Source: Pseudomonadota bacterium | GTDB lineage: Bacteria; Pseudomonadota; Alphaproteobacteria; Paracaedibacterales; CAITNM01 | Direction: 5' to 3' | Length of the DNA stretch: 64,000 nucleotides | Assembly (NCBI GenBank): GCA_018062345.1 | Contig: JAGOSL010000001.1 | Coordinates: forward strand, 170,493-234,492 | Part shown: in pieces, positions 54,502-63,968 of the stretch | How the letters are laid out: each line of letters begins with the position of its first letter | Numbering within the stretch: the stretch's first letter is position 1 | The notes under the pieces: model-generated | Database searches by the model: none | What the model saw: the letters and a program-made list of their open reading frames with translations, nothing else | Told to the model about the DNA's origin: nothing | Made by a program: the position numbers and the translations under genes

Positions 54502-55238
54502 AATATAACACCAACCCCTAGATTATATGTGCCCAACTGCACAATCACCTCTTGTATTTTAAACGCTTCAACGCTTAAGCGAAAGAGTGCATATAAGCTC
54601 AAAAACAAACAGCCTGTTAATCCCTTGCATTTCCTGACTACTGGAACTGTTTTATAAATAAAGTTCAAAGTAAAAAATAATACTAAACCCTCTAAAAGTG
54701 CCTCGTAAATCTGGGTTGGGTGCTGTGCCACTATTTGTTTTGGAAATATTACTCCCCAAGGCATTTTTGTTTCTACTCCGCATAATTCAGCATTGATAAA
54801 ATTTGCTAGTCTGCCAAAAAATAAACCAATAGGTGAAATAAGAGCCATTAAATCGCCAAGGCTATAAAAATCCAAATGATGACGTTTTGCATAAGCAATA
54901 GCCATAACAACAACACCCAGCAGGCCACCATGAAATGACATCCCGCCTTGCCAAACTTGTAAAATTTCTAATGGGTGATTTAAGTAATAGCCAGGGTCAT
55001 AAAGCATAGTATGACCTAAACGTCCGCCTATAACAATTCCTACAACAGCATGTGGTAAAAGGTCATCAAACAATTTGGGGGTAATATTAAATTCAAAACG
55101 CCTAATCAGTGCATGAGCCCAGTGACATGCCAAAATAATACCAACTACATAAGCAATTCCGTACCAGTGTACTTTCAAAGGTCCAAGTGTTACTGCAACG
55201 GGGTCAATAGCAGGAAAAGAAATCACTACAACATGCAT
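54408..55238 (-). CDS. lgt: prolipoprotein diacylglyceryl transferase
   Basis: IDPVAVTLGPLKVHWYGIAYVVG, GGRLGH, QGGMSFHGG and GRLANFINAEL. Confidence 0.9.
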   Translation of the reverse strand: MHVVVISFPAIDPVAVTLGPLKVHWYGIAYVVGIILACHWAHALIRRFEFNITPKLFDDLLPHAVVGIVIGGRLGHTMLYDPGYYLNHPLEILQVWQGGMSFHGGLLGVVVMAIAYAKRHHLDFYSLGDLMALISPIGLFFGRLANFINAELCGVETKMPWGVIFPKQIVAQHPTQIYEALLEGLVLFFTLNFIYKTVPVVRKCKGLTGCLFLSLYALFRLSVEAFKIQEVIVQLGTYNLGVGVILCTLMLLLSIILMMVRLRVFKTTSEKTVLSQ

Positions 55239-55402
55239 CTTTGGAAACTAATTTCACAACTTTATCATATAATACCAAACGCGAAAAGACGATGCTTGTG
55301 CGCCTATTGAAGGGGTAAATAAAAACTATTTTTTGAAAGAGTTTTAACTTTCTAATTTATATGGTGGATAACACACTAAAAGTGCCTAGGATTATAAAAA
55401 TT

Positions 55403-56176
55403 TCACATGCTAAAGCTATTTACTAGACTACCACACAACATATTCCAGCCATCAATCAATACAAAGAAAATAATTTTAAATGGCATGGAAATCAGCATTG
55501 GCGGCAGCATCATCATCCCCATACTCATTAGAATGCTAGCAATTACCATGTCGATTACCACGAAAGGTAAATAAATCAAAAAACCGATTTCAAAACCTCG
55601 ACGTAGCTCACTAATCACAAAAGCTGGCACTAAAATTCGCATAGGAACATCTTTTGCTGATTTAATATTGGTTTCCTTACCTAGGAACATAAACAGTTCA
55701 AGATCTTTTTCTCTTACATTTTTACGCATAAAAGCATGAATTGGAGCGCAAATTTTTTCATAAGCTGTTTCATAAGAAATTTTATCATCCATTAAGGGCG
55801 CTACTCCATCTTGATAAGATTTATTAAGTACAGGCCCCATAATGAACAGTGTCAAAAATAGTGCGAGACTAATTAGAATCATATTTGGGGGGGATTGTTG
55901 CGTTCCTAGTGCATTTCTGAGGAAGGAAAACACAACTACAATACGCGTGAATGAAGTGACTACAACAATGATTGATGGAGCTATTGTTAGTAACGCCATC
56001 AAAGCGCTTAATTGAATCATACGACCAATAAGACTGCCGCTGCTATCGCCCAAATTTAAAGTAAAGCTATCAGCACATAGCGGCGTTTGCATAAAAATAA
56101 ATAGAAATGCCCCAATACAACACAAATTATTGATGTGAAAACGTTTTGGCCGAAAATTTTTCAAAAAATTAAACAT
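55403..56176 (-). CDS. fliP: flagellar export apparatus protein FliP
   Basis: TSFTRIVVVFSFLRNALGTQQSPPNMILISLALFLTLFIMGPV is canonical FliP. Start moved to MFNFLK, which overlaps the fliO stop by 8 nt. Confidence 0.9.
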   Translation of the reverse strand: MFNFLKNFRPKRFHINNLCCIGAFLFIFMQTPLCADSFTLNLGDSSGSLIGRMIQLSALMALLTIAPSIIVVVTSFTRIVVVFSFLRNALGTQQSPPNMILISLALFLTLFIMGPVLNKSYQDGVAPLMDDKISYETAYEKICAPIHAFMRKNVREKDLELFMFLGKETNIKSAKDVPMRILVPAFVISELRRGFEIGFLIYLPFVVIDMVIASILMSMGMMMLPPMLISMPFKIIFFVLIDGWNMLCGSLVNSFSM

Positions 56177-56468
56177 GCTGACGATCAAGATCCGCCACTT
56201 CGATGGAAAGGGCTGCGGGTGTTGTTTCAAGCAAAACATCATTGTTAGGGCCTAATAATAGCACATGACGTTTGCCACGATGAGTAATGTTAACGATGCG
56301 TCTTTTACCATCAATCATTATTGGTGGCTCAATAATCACTCCCTGCTGTTTAGCATTGAAAAGCGGAAAGCTCGAAAATTTTCCTGATTGCTGAAAATAG
56401 CGCAGCGCTAGAGCAAACAAGCCAATCAATCCAAAAACAACAAAAATCGCTGCTATCACATTAAGCAT
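56169..56468 (-). CDS. fliO: flagellar biosynthesis protein FliO
   Basis: 99 aa, single N-terminal TM (IAAIFVVFGLIGLFALAL), coupled directly to fliP. Confidence 0.6.
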   Translation of the reverse strand: MLNVIAAIFVVFGLIGLFALALRYFQQSGKFSSFPLFNAKQQGVIIEPPIMIDGKRRIVNITHRGKRHVLLLGPNNDVLLETTPAALSIEVADLDRQHV

Positions 56469-56616
56469 ACTTTACCTTTTTTTTGCCGTTCTTTAATGCT
56501 AGCTCACATTTTTTTTAAAAAGCAAGTGAAAGTAAAAAGTTGTTCGCAGCATATCCGGCTTTCCTTTTTATATTAAAACTTTTATAATTCGCGAAAAATT
56601 AATACAAAATAAAACA

Positions 56617-57525
56617 ATGATTAAATTACTTATTTTAACTTTTTTGTGCGCAACCGTTTATAGGGCGGGCGCTACCGAGATAGATGAAGAAGGTCTGGTA
56701 CCACATAATAAACTCACAAAGTTTCCCTATTTTAAAAAAATTCAACACTCAGCTGATTTATCCAATGGAGTCTTTTGCTCTCAAATTTTTCCTGAATTAT
56801 TAAAACAATACCCAAGAATCTTTTTAGTGCCAGTAAACAGACAACTTGTAAGTCAATATCTTGAAGCAATTAAAGCTACCCCAACCATTAAGGATGAAAT
56901 AACCAAATTTGCAAATGACACCCTAAGTATTTATGCGTGTGCAAATGAAGAAAAAATTTCTAGTAAATTTAATCTGATCTATGAGTATGATCTTGGTGTT
57001 TTGCGCATGGCGCTGACTTCTTTTTTAAGTATTATAAACACTCCCAGTGTGGTCGATAATTTAGCAGAGTGGCGAATAGAAGCAATGATAAGATCCCTCA
57101 CATCTATTTTCTCCATTTTATCTCCACAAGAAAGTAATCATGATTTATATACCAGGCTTCCGATAAGAATAATGGAAATTCTCTTATTTCCTTCAGGGAA
57201 AATATTTGAACATCCTTATCCTGACTTAGCAGAGTGGGCAAGAAGTATTCCTAATCAGTCGGGAAAATTAGCTTTTCCAGTTTTTGCGCTTTCGCTTATG
57301 CACTCATTGGCTTTTAAAGTAAAGGCTCCCTTTGCATCGCAAATAATTGTGGCTCAAGATTGGCAAGAGACGTTATCTACTCAGCAATCAATTACTTCTG
57401 TTACGCAAACATTAGTGCAGACAAATCCTTCAAATACTTTTTCTGGTTTTATAGCACCTACTCCTAAAAAAAAGGGGAAGATTTTACGGCGATTCACCGA
57501 AAAACTTCGTGATTTTGAAAAATAG
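56617..57525 (+). CDS. secreted hypothetical protein, family A paralog 2 (302 aa)
   Basis: Signal peptide MIKLLILTFLCATVYRAGA. Homologous by eye to ORF 40999-42192 across about 200 aa. Confidence 0.6.
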   Translation: MIKLLILTFLCATVYRAGATEIDEEGLVPHNKLTKFPYFKKIQHSADLSNGVFCSQIFPELLKQYPRIFLVPVNRQLVSQYLEAIKATPTIKDEITKFANDTLSIYACANEEKISSKFNLIYEYDLGVLRMALTSFLSIINTPSVVDNLAEWRIEAMIRSLTSIFSILSPQESNHDLYTRLPIRIMEILLFPSGKIFEHPYPDLAEWARSIPNQSGKLAFPVFALSLMHSLAFKVKAPFASQIIVAQDWQETLSTQQSITSVTQTLVQTNPSNTFSGFIAPTPKKKGKILRRFTEKLRDFEK

Positions 57526-57748
57526 CTGCCTTTCAATTTTTTAACCGCCTAACGATGAATATCGTATAGTGGAAATCATTGAAAGTATTCGAGTTTATCA
57601 GCGTGGATAAAGTAATTAATTAAAATTATTTTAAAATTTTATTACTTGCTGATGAATTGTTTAAAGAAAAATTGACTCTCTTCTTAAATTAATAAACAGT
57701 TAAATAATTGATATTAAAATTTTTATATAATATAAATTCGCAATACAT

Positions 57749-59233
57749 ATGATTAAGAAATTTATTCTAACATTTTGGCTGATCTCTTTTTTTGTGTTTT
57801 TCTCCACAGCTGCCTTCTGCATGCACTACGATCCTACAAATTTTCCTAATATTGGTGATTTGTGGATTAATCCTGTTCTTACTCGCCCTTGTCTCACGAA
57901 AAAATTCTGGAGAAAGCAAAGTGGTGACCACTTAATTTCATATAGCGAAACAGGCTTAACCATAATGAAATTAAAATATTTTCCAGCAAGAGGTGATCAT
58001 TTTGAAACCAAAATGGAGCTCACAAATGTATGGAATTTTCCTATTCAACTGCTTCGTGGAAAAATAAAATATTCCAATGATAATTCAGAAGTTCTTGCAT
58101 TACAGGACTATAAAAATGCTTGCTATTTTTGGCATTTTCCTGAGTTAAGAGACGCCACTAGTGCAAAAGAACGCAAGGAAGAATATGATAGTTTATTTGA
58201 CAAGCTAGTCAGAAGACTTAAAGCACGGAACAGTTTTTATGAAGGTCGCGCAATATCAATTTATGATCTTTATCTTGATCAGAATAATCATATTGTTGGC
58301 TTGCAATTTGGATTTCCTGAAAATTTTTCTTTAAAAGGAAATATTACTCAAAAGGAATTCGACATAAGCTGGATCACTACGCCTCTAGATTTAAGTGTGG
58401 ATGAATATGAATTTCATGAACCCCTGCAAAGGCATAACGCAAATATTTCTGGGCGGGTAATTCCCTACTATTACGTAGCTCCTTCTTCCCATGCCATGCC
58501 GATTGAAAAAACTATTGTAATGCTTTCTGGTGGCCCAAAGCTCCAGTATATTGGAGAATACTCATCCATAATAAAAATGTTCAGTGACGCAGGGTGGGCT
58601 ACTATTCTTCCCCAAGAGAGTCTGCGTACAGGTTTTGGTTGGAAACATTTCTCTACTGGTATTGGAGAGATAGGACGAAAAAACATGCATCAGCTCCTTC
58701 ACGTTTTTCACGATGCAATAGACAAAGGTCTAATTACAAATACTAGCCAAATATATTTTTATGGTCGCAGTTATGGTGGTTTTGTTGGGACTCTTTTTTC
58801 TGTGAAATGGGACGATTTGCATAAAGAGGCAGGCCTTGCAAAACGATTTAATTTTCAATTAATCATGGCTGAAGCTTCCCTAGTGGATCTTAGTCCCTTA
58901 AGGCCAGTTTCTTTTTATCTGCCATTTATTGGAGATATAGATCTTGAAAGATTTCGCAAGATTTTTATGCCTCTGCATAACATTAAGTCAGGCGAATCAT
59001 TGTCGGCACCATTAATTATGATTCATGGCTATAGTGATAAAAAATGCCCACCTTCAGAAATTCAAGAATTTTCGCAAAAACTACTTTCTGCTGGCTGCGA
59101 ACACTCTCTATTATGGCACGATGGAGGGCATGGTGTTCAACACTCAACTTATTCTAATTTTTTGTTAGCTCAAGCTCAGGCAAAAGAAACTGACAATTTA
59201 GAAAGGCAGATAGGTCTAATAAAAACTTTTTAA
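57749..59233 (+). CDS. secreted S9-type serine peptidase / alpha-beta hydrolase with an unrecognised N-terminal domain
   Basis: Signal peptide. Nucleophile elbow GRSYGG, acid IHGYSDKKCP and His DGGHGV lie in the order Ser-Asp-His. Confidence 0.7.
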   Translation: MIKKFILTFWLISFFVFFSTAAFCMHYDPTNFPNIGDLWINPVLTRPCLTKKFWRKQSGDHLISYSETGLTIMKLKYFPARGDHFETKMELTNVWNFPIQLLRGKIKYSNDNSEVLALQDYKNACYFWHFPELRDATSAKERKEEYDSLFDKLVRRLKARNSFYEGRAISIYDLYLDQNNHIVGLQFGFPENFSLKGNITQKEFDISWITTPLDLSVDEYEFHEPLQRHNANISGRVIPYYYVAPSSHAMPIEKTIVMLSGGPKLQYIGEYSSIIKMFSDAGWATILPQESLRTGFGWKHFSTGIGEIGRKNMHQLLHVFHDAIDKGLITNTSQIYFYGRSYGGFVGTLFSVKWDDLHKEAGLAKRFNFQLIMAEASLVDLSPLRPVSFYLPFIGDIDLERFRKIFMPLHNIKSGESLSAPLIMIHGYSDKKCPPSEIQEFSQKLLSAGCEHSLLWHDGGHGVQHSTYSNFLLAQAQAKETDNLERQIGLIKTF

Positions 59234-59300
59234 ATTCTCTATTCCACATTTCAAATTTTGCTTTTAGACTATTCGTTCTGTACATAATTTTAATGTGGAT

Positions 59301-59780
59301 ATGATTAAGAAGTTTATTTTTCAATTTTTATATATGGTTATTATCAATTTAGCTCTAGGTAACGTGCACGGGGTATTTGACAATGTAATTGAGATTAAAC
59401 GAAACACACAGAAAACATCAGTATATCCATTGGTAATTAACCTAGATTGTGAATTACAAAAATCAGGAATATTTTTTATTCTGGTAGATAATACGTCTGG
59501 TTACATAGGAGTGTCTAATGGAAGTAATAATTTTTTCTGGGCACATTTTTCAAAAGCTCCTGATTGTTATGAATTTTTAGCTGAGGTTTTTTACAGTAAT
59601 CCTTACCGCTATAATCTTCCGCTTAAATTGCGAAAAGCTCCTTCCACATACGAAGAATGGCTTAAAATATTAAATAATTCAGCAATTTCTAAAAAAGCAC
59701 CAACAAACGCATCGACTCTTCTCATAACTGTGGAAAAAAAGCAGATATTTCGCAGGGATAGGGGATATAGTTTTGGTTAG
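59301..59780 (+). CDS. secreted hypothetical protein
   Basis: Signal-like N-terminus MIKKFIFQFLYMVIINLALG. No family recognised. Confidence 0.45.
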   Translation: MIKKFIFQFLYMVIINLALGNVHGVFDNVIEIKRNTQKTSVYPLVINLDCELQKSGIFFILVDNTSGYIGVSNGSNNFFWAHFSKAPDCYEFLAEVFYSNPYRYNLPLKLRKAPSTYEEWLKILNNSAISKKAPTNASTLLITVEKKQIFRRDRGYSFG

Positions 59781-59793
59781 AAAGACAATAGAT

Positions 59794-60390
59794 TTACGCA
59801 ACCTTATAGCGATGGGTGAGAGCAGTTGAAAGTGTGCCATCATCAAGATAATCTAGCTCGCCCCCCACAGGCACACCGTGTGCAAGGCTAGAAATATTTT
59901 CCACATATGCTGCAATGCGTTCGCGTACATAATGCATTGTGGTTTGTCCATCAAGAGTTGCGCTAAGGGCAAAGATGACTTCTTGAAATGAAGTGGTTTG
60001 CACTTTTTCAAGTAAATGTTGAAAATTTAGTTGTTCTGGCCCTATACCTTGCATAGCGGACAAATTTCCTCCTAATACAAAATATTGCCCACGATATGTA
60101 TTTGAGCGTTCCATCGCCCATAAGTCACTAACTGATTCTACAATGCAAAGTGTGTGTGGGTCTCGTTTAGAGTCACGGCACAAGCTACAAATTGGATGGC
60201 TATCAAGATTGAAGCAACGCTGACAAATTTGAATGGTTTGGTACGCGCAAGAAAGGGCTTCAATAAGCGGCGTCATGTGGGATTCTTTTTTTTGTAGCAG
60301 ATGCAGAGCAGCTCTTCGCCCAGATCTGGGGCCAAGCCCAGGAAGCCGGCTCAAAAGCTGTATCAGCCGTTGAATTTCGGGGCTATTCAT
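59794..60390 (-). CDS. recR: recombination protein RecR
   Basis: LPGLGPRSGRRAALHLL, the C4 zinc finger CQRC...CSLC, and the Toprim segment CIVESVSDLWAME. Confidence 0.92.
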   Translation of the reverse strand: MNSPEIQRLIQLLSRLPGLGPRSGRRAALHLLQKKESHMTPLIEALSCAYQTIQICQRCFNLDSHPICSLCRDSKRDPHTLCIVESVSDLWAMERSNTYRGQYFVLGGNLSAMQGIGPEQLNFQHLLEKVQTTSFQEVIFALSATLDGQTTMHYVRERIAAYVENISSLAHGVPVGGELDYLDDGTLSTALTHRYKVA

Positions 60391-60433
60391 TGTAGAGTTT
60401 CCAAATGCACATACATTTAATTAGCACGGTTTT

Positions 60434-61342
60434 GTGATAACGACTAGTCCCCTTCGTATAGGAACCAGGAAATCTGCGTTAGCAATTGTGCAAGCCAGGC
60501 AAGTGATTGCGGCTATGGATATCGGCACAAATTATGAGCTGCTACCCATTGTCAGTTCTGGTGATAGGATAGAAGGACCTTTACACAGTTGTGGAGGGAA
60601 ATCTTTATTCACAAAAGAGCTAGATGCTGCCTTGTTGCAAGGTGAAGTAGATCTTGTTGTGCATTCTATGAAGGATGTAGAAACTCCACTCCCTGAGGGG
60701 CTTGAGCTTGCTGCAGTGCCCTTTCGCCTTGATCCAAGAGATGTGTTGATTACCAATCCAAGTGTTGAAATTGAAAATAGTGATACACCTATCACTATCG
60801 GAACATCATCTTTACGTCGAGGTCATCAACTAAGGTTTCGTTATCCTCATATCTCTATTTTGCCATGCAGAGGTAATATCCAAAATCGCCTACAAAAATA
60901 TGCTAATGGAGAATTTGGTGGGATTATTCTAGCTGTAGCTGGATTAATGCGCATGGGGCTTTTTAATGAAAATCGTATCGATAGCATTATGGCTGATGTA
61001 CAGATTCTTGATACTCATTCCTACGTGCCAGCGCCAGGGCAAGGCGCGCTAGCCGTAGTGAAGCGAAAAGATGATGTGCGATTTGACACGGTGCTGCAAA
61101 AAGTAAATTGCCCAAGCAGTTTTCTGGCTGTGAAAATCGAGAGAATGATTACAGATGCTCTTAATTTGTCATGTCATGATGCGGTTGGTGTATACGCATT
61201 AATTGAAGGCGCTCTATTCTCGGTGCATATTATTTTGTTCACGCCTCAAGGACAAATTGAAAAAAAAGCCAATGGATTGTTGAAGAATCGTGACAAAATT
61301 ATCCCAGCATTTATTGAGGAAATTCAGCAGCTGAGGGTATAG
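60434..61342 (+). CDS. hemC: hydroxymethylbilane synthase (porphobilinogen deaminase)
   Basis: LRIGTRKSALAIVQA, GGKSLFTKELD, AVHSMKDV-like (VVHSMKDV) and GTSSLRR. GTG start. Confidence 0.9.
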   Translation: MITTSPLRIGTRKSALAIVQARQVIAAMDIGTNYELLPIVSSGDRIEGPLHSCGGKSLFTKELDAALLQGEVDLVVHSMKDVETPLPEGLELAAVPFRLDPRDVLITNPSVEIENSDTPITIGTSSLRRGHQLRFRYPHISILPCRGNIQNRLQKYANGEFGGIILAVAGLMRMGLFNENRIDSIMADVQILDTHSYVPAPGQGALAVVKRKDDVRFDTVLQKVNCPSSFLAVKIERMITDALNLSCHDAVGVYALIEGALFSVHIILFTPQGQIEKKANGLLKNRDKIIPAFIEEIQQLRV

Positions 61343-61344
61343 CT

Positions 61345-62319
61345 TTATCTTTGGTCCAGCTTAAATTCAATGCGACGATTGCGATCAAGCTTTGCTTCTT
61401 CTGTACTAAGAGGCTGAAACTCTCCAAAACCAGCTGCCACTAAATGTTTTCCATCAATGCCTTTTTTAATCATGTATTGCACCACAGCAATGGCCCGCGC
61501 AGATGAAAGTTCCCAGTTCGAAGGAAATTGTGGGCTTTTTATGGGCCGTTTATCTGTATGGCCATCCACGCGCAGGATCCATTTAATTTCAGGGGGAATT
61601 TTGCTCCCAATTTCTTTAAGAGCATTAATAAGTTCGATGAGTTGTTTTTTTCCTTCTTCACCAAGTTCAGCCGATCCTATTTCAAATAGAACTTCTGATT
61701 GGAAAACGAATCTATCATCAACAACTCGTACATCGCTGCGATCACCTAGGATTTTTTTTAACTGAGCGAAGAATTGTGAGCGGAACTGTCCTACCTTGAT
61801 TGAACTTTTGTATTTTTCCTGGTCTTTTTCTAAATTTTGTAAACCAAGCTGAAGTTTTTTGACCTCTTCATCTTTTTGTGCTGAGTCAGCCTGCGCTTGG
61901 TCAAGGAGATATTGCAAGTGCTTTAGGCGCTCCTCTAGTTTTTCTAAATCGGTCTTGATGCGTTCATTTGTTGTGCGTTGGTCGCTGTGTTGTTGTTTTT
62001 CAAGGTTTAAATCTTGAGCAAGCTTTGCTAACTGTGTATTAAGATTTGTAATCAGTTCTTCTAAAGAAGTTACTTTTGCCGATGCAGCTGTGTGTTGATT
62101 TTTTGCTTTTTCTAAGCTCTGTTCAAATAATCTTAACTGCGCTTGCAGCCGTGTGACCTCAGAATCTTTTGTGTTGATTGTCTCAACTAAAAACACTTGG
62201 GCAACTAAAAACGTCATAAGGACAAAAATAATTGCCATTAGCACTGTTGAAAGAGCATCTACGAAAGTAGGCCATACTTCAAGACGAACAGAAGACCGAG
62301 GTCGTGCGAAAAACATCAA
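61345..62319 (-). CDS. MotB-like protein: TM helix with a conserved Asp, a coiled coil of about 170 aa, and an OmpA/MotB peptidoglycan-binding domain
   Basis: WPTFVDALSTVLMAIIFVL is a MotB-type TM with Asp. A long heptad region follows. The C-terminal part reads VDGHTDKRPI...SNWELSSARAIAVVQYM...GFGEFQPL...NRRIEF. Confidence 0.7.
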   Translation of the reverse strand: MMFFARPRSSVRLEVWPTFVDALSTVLMAIIFVLMTFLVAQVFLVETINTKDSEVTRLQAQLRLFEQSLEKAKNQHTAASAKVTSLEELITNLNTQLAKLAQDLNLEKQQHSDQRTTNERIKTDLEKLEERLKHLQYLLDQAQADSAQKDEEVKKLQLGLQNLEKDQEKYKSSIKVGQFRSQFFAQLKKILGDRSDVRVVDDRFVFQSEVLFEIGSAELGEEGKKQLIELINALKEIGSKIPPEIKWILRVDGHTDKRPIKSPQFPSNWELSSARAIAVVQYMIKKGIDGKHLVAAGFGEFQPLSTEEAKLDRNRRIEFKLDQR

Positions 62320-62349
62320 AAACTCATGAAAATAAGAACACTTAAATTC

Positions 62350-62910
62350 TTACGTATTTTTTAGGAATCTCCAAAAGGTTTTTGCATATTGAAGTCCAGA
62401 GGCAACAGTAAATAGGCTTGTTAAAATGAGAAGAATACTTTCACTGAACAAAAGTAGAGAACTAACCGAGGTAACTTGTAGCCTATATGTTACAACTAAA
62501 ATGCATAGTATTTGTAAAAAGGTATTGATTTTGCTGGCTTTAGTTGGCGACAAGTCATTCTTGTATGGTGATCTCATCATTGAAAACCCACCAAGAGTAA
62601 TTAATATGTCGCGTGCAAGGCACAAACACACAAAAGTTAATGGCATGGCTTTTAAATACCCAAGAGTTGCAAATATTGCGATCATTAATGTTTTATCAGC
62701 TATAGGGTCGAATATCTTACCAAATAGTGATTCTTGATTGAATTTACGAGCAAAAAATCCATCTAACCAATCGGTTGTTCCAAGTGCTAACGTCAACCAA
62801 AAGGCTAAAAAATACTCGTGAGAAAAATATAGATAAACAAGCACCGGTGCGCCAAAAAAGCGAACACCGGTAAGGGTATTGGGAATATTAACCAACAATT
62901 TCCATTTCAC
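62350..62910 (-). CDS. pgsA: CDP-diacylglycerol--glycerol-3-phosphate 3-phosphatidyltransferase
   Basis: CDP-alcohol motif [27 protein letters not shown]. The start is set at GTG 62910 ([18 protein letters not shown]) and overlaps the ndk end by 23 nt. The longer track ORF is probably over-extended. Confidence 0.8.
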   Translation of the reverse strand: MKWKLLVNIPNTLTGVRFFGAPVLVYLYFSHEYFLAFWLTLALGTTDWLDGFFARKFNQESLFGKIFDPIADKTLMIAIFATLGYLKAMPLTFVCLCLARDILITLGGFSMMRSPYKNDLSPTKASKINTFLQILCILVVTYRLQVTSVSSLLLFSESILLILTSLFTVASGLQYAKTFWRFLKNT

Positions 62911-63310
62911 TGAAGAAAAAAGCAATTTCTTTAGCTGCATTCTCTGCAGAGTCGGATCCATGAACAGAATTAGCTTCAATAGATTCTGCAAATTCTTGAC
63001 GAATTGTTCCTTCTTTCGCGTTAGCAGGATTTGTAGCGCCCATGATGTCGCGGTATTTTGCTATAGCTTCATCACCTTCCAGAGCTTGAACTACAACAGG
63101 TCCGCTGATCATGAATTGGCATAGCTCACCAAAAAAAGAGCGTTCAGCGTGCACCGCATAAAATGCCTGTGCTTGAGCTAAGCTTAATTGTAAACGCTTT
63201 TGTGCAACAATACGTAAGCCCGCTGCTTCGATTTTTGCATTGATTTTCCCTGTAATGTTACGACGAGTCGCATCAGGTTTTAGGATAGAAAGAGTTCTTT
63301 GTGTGTTCAT
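62888..63310 (-). CDS. ndk: nucleoside diphosphate kinase
   Basis: [10 protein letters not shown] and NSVHGSDS (catalytic His). Length is 140 aa. Confidence 0.95.
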   Translation of the reverse strand: MNTQRTLSILKPDATRRNITGKINAKIEAAGLRIVAQKRLQLSLAQAQAFYAVHAERSFFGELCQFMISGPVVVQALEGDEAIAKYRDIMGATNPANAKEGTIRQEFAESIEANSVHGSDSAENAAKEIAFFFSEMEIVG

Positions 63311-63377
63311 ACAACTTTTACATATACTTTAGGGTGACTAGTGTATGTTATCAGGCTATCCTTTGCAAGGATATATA

Positions 63378-63896
63378 ATGGCTTTTGATATGACTAAGAT
63401 TTTGGGACTTGATCCTGGGCTTCAATGCACAGGATGGGGGATAGTGCAAAAAAAAGAAAACTCACTGAGTTACGTAGCGCATGGTGTGGTAAAAACAGAT
63501 GCAAAACTACCCTTGGCGGAGAGATTGAACACTTTATATCAAGGATTATCTAAGGTGCTAGAACAATTCCAACCCCAAGAAGCAGCAGTTGAAGAAACGT
63601 TTGTTAATCAAAATCCTGTTTCGACGCTAAAACTTGGTATGGCGCGTGGTGTCGTTTTGTTTACGCCTGCTTCTTTTGGGTTGGGTGTTTGGGAATATTC
63701 AGCAAATAAAGTGAAAAAATCAGTCGTTGGCTCAGGGCATGCGCAAAAGCATCAGGTGGCTCAAATGGTGTCTTGGCTTTTGCCAGCAATGCCTAAGAAT
63801 GTTGTCGATGATGCTGCTGATGCTTTGGCTGTTGCTATTTGTCATGCACATCATCGTGCGCTTAATGAAAAGCTAAAGGATATATCTCGGCTATAG
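63378..63896 (+). CDS. ruvC: crossover junction endodeoxyribonuclease RuvC
   Basis: ILGLDPGLQCTGWGIV, AVEETFV and DAADALAVAICHA. RBS AAGGA at 63367-63371. Confidence 0.9.
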   Translation: MAFDMTKILGLDPGLQCTGWGIVQKKENSLSYVAHGVVKTDAKLPLAERLNTLYQGLSKVLEQFQPQEAAVEETFVNQNPVSTLKLGMARGVVLFTPASFGLGVWEYSANKVKKSVVGSGHAQKHQVAQMVSWLLPAMPKNVVDDAADALAVAICHAHHRALNEKLKDISRL

Positions 63897-63968
63897 TTTC
63901 TGACTTGGCATTGTTGGAATTCTCGCCTACTCTAAGTGAATTCAAAAAAATAAAATTTAGGAGAGTTT

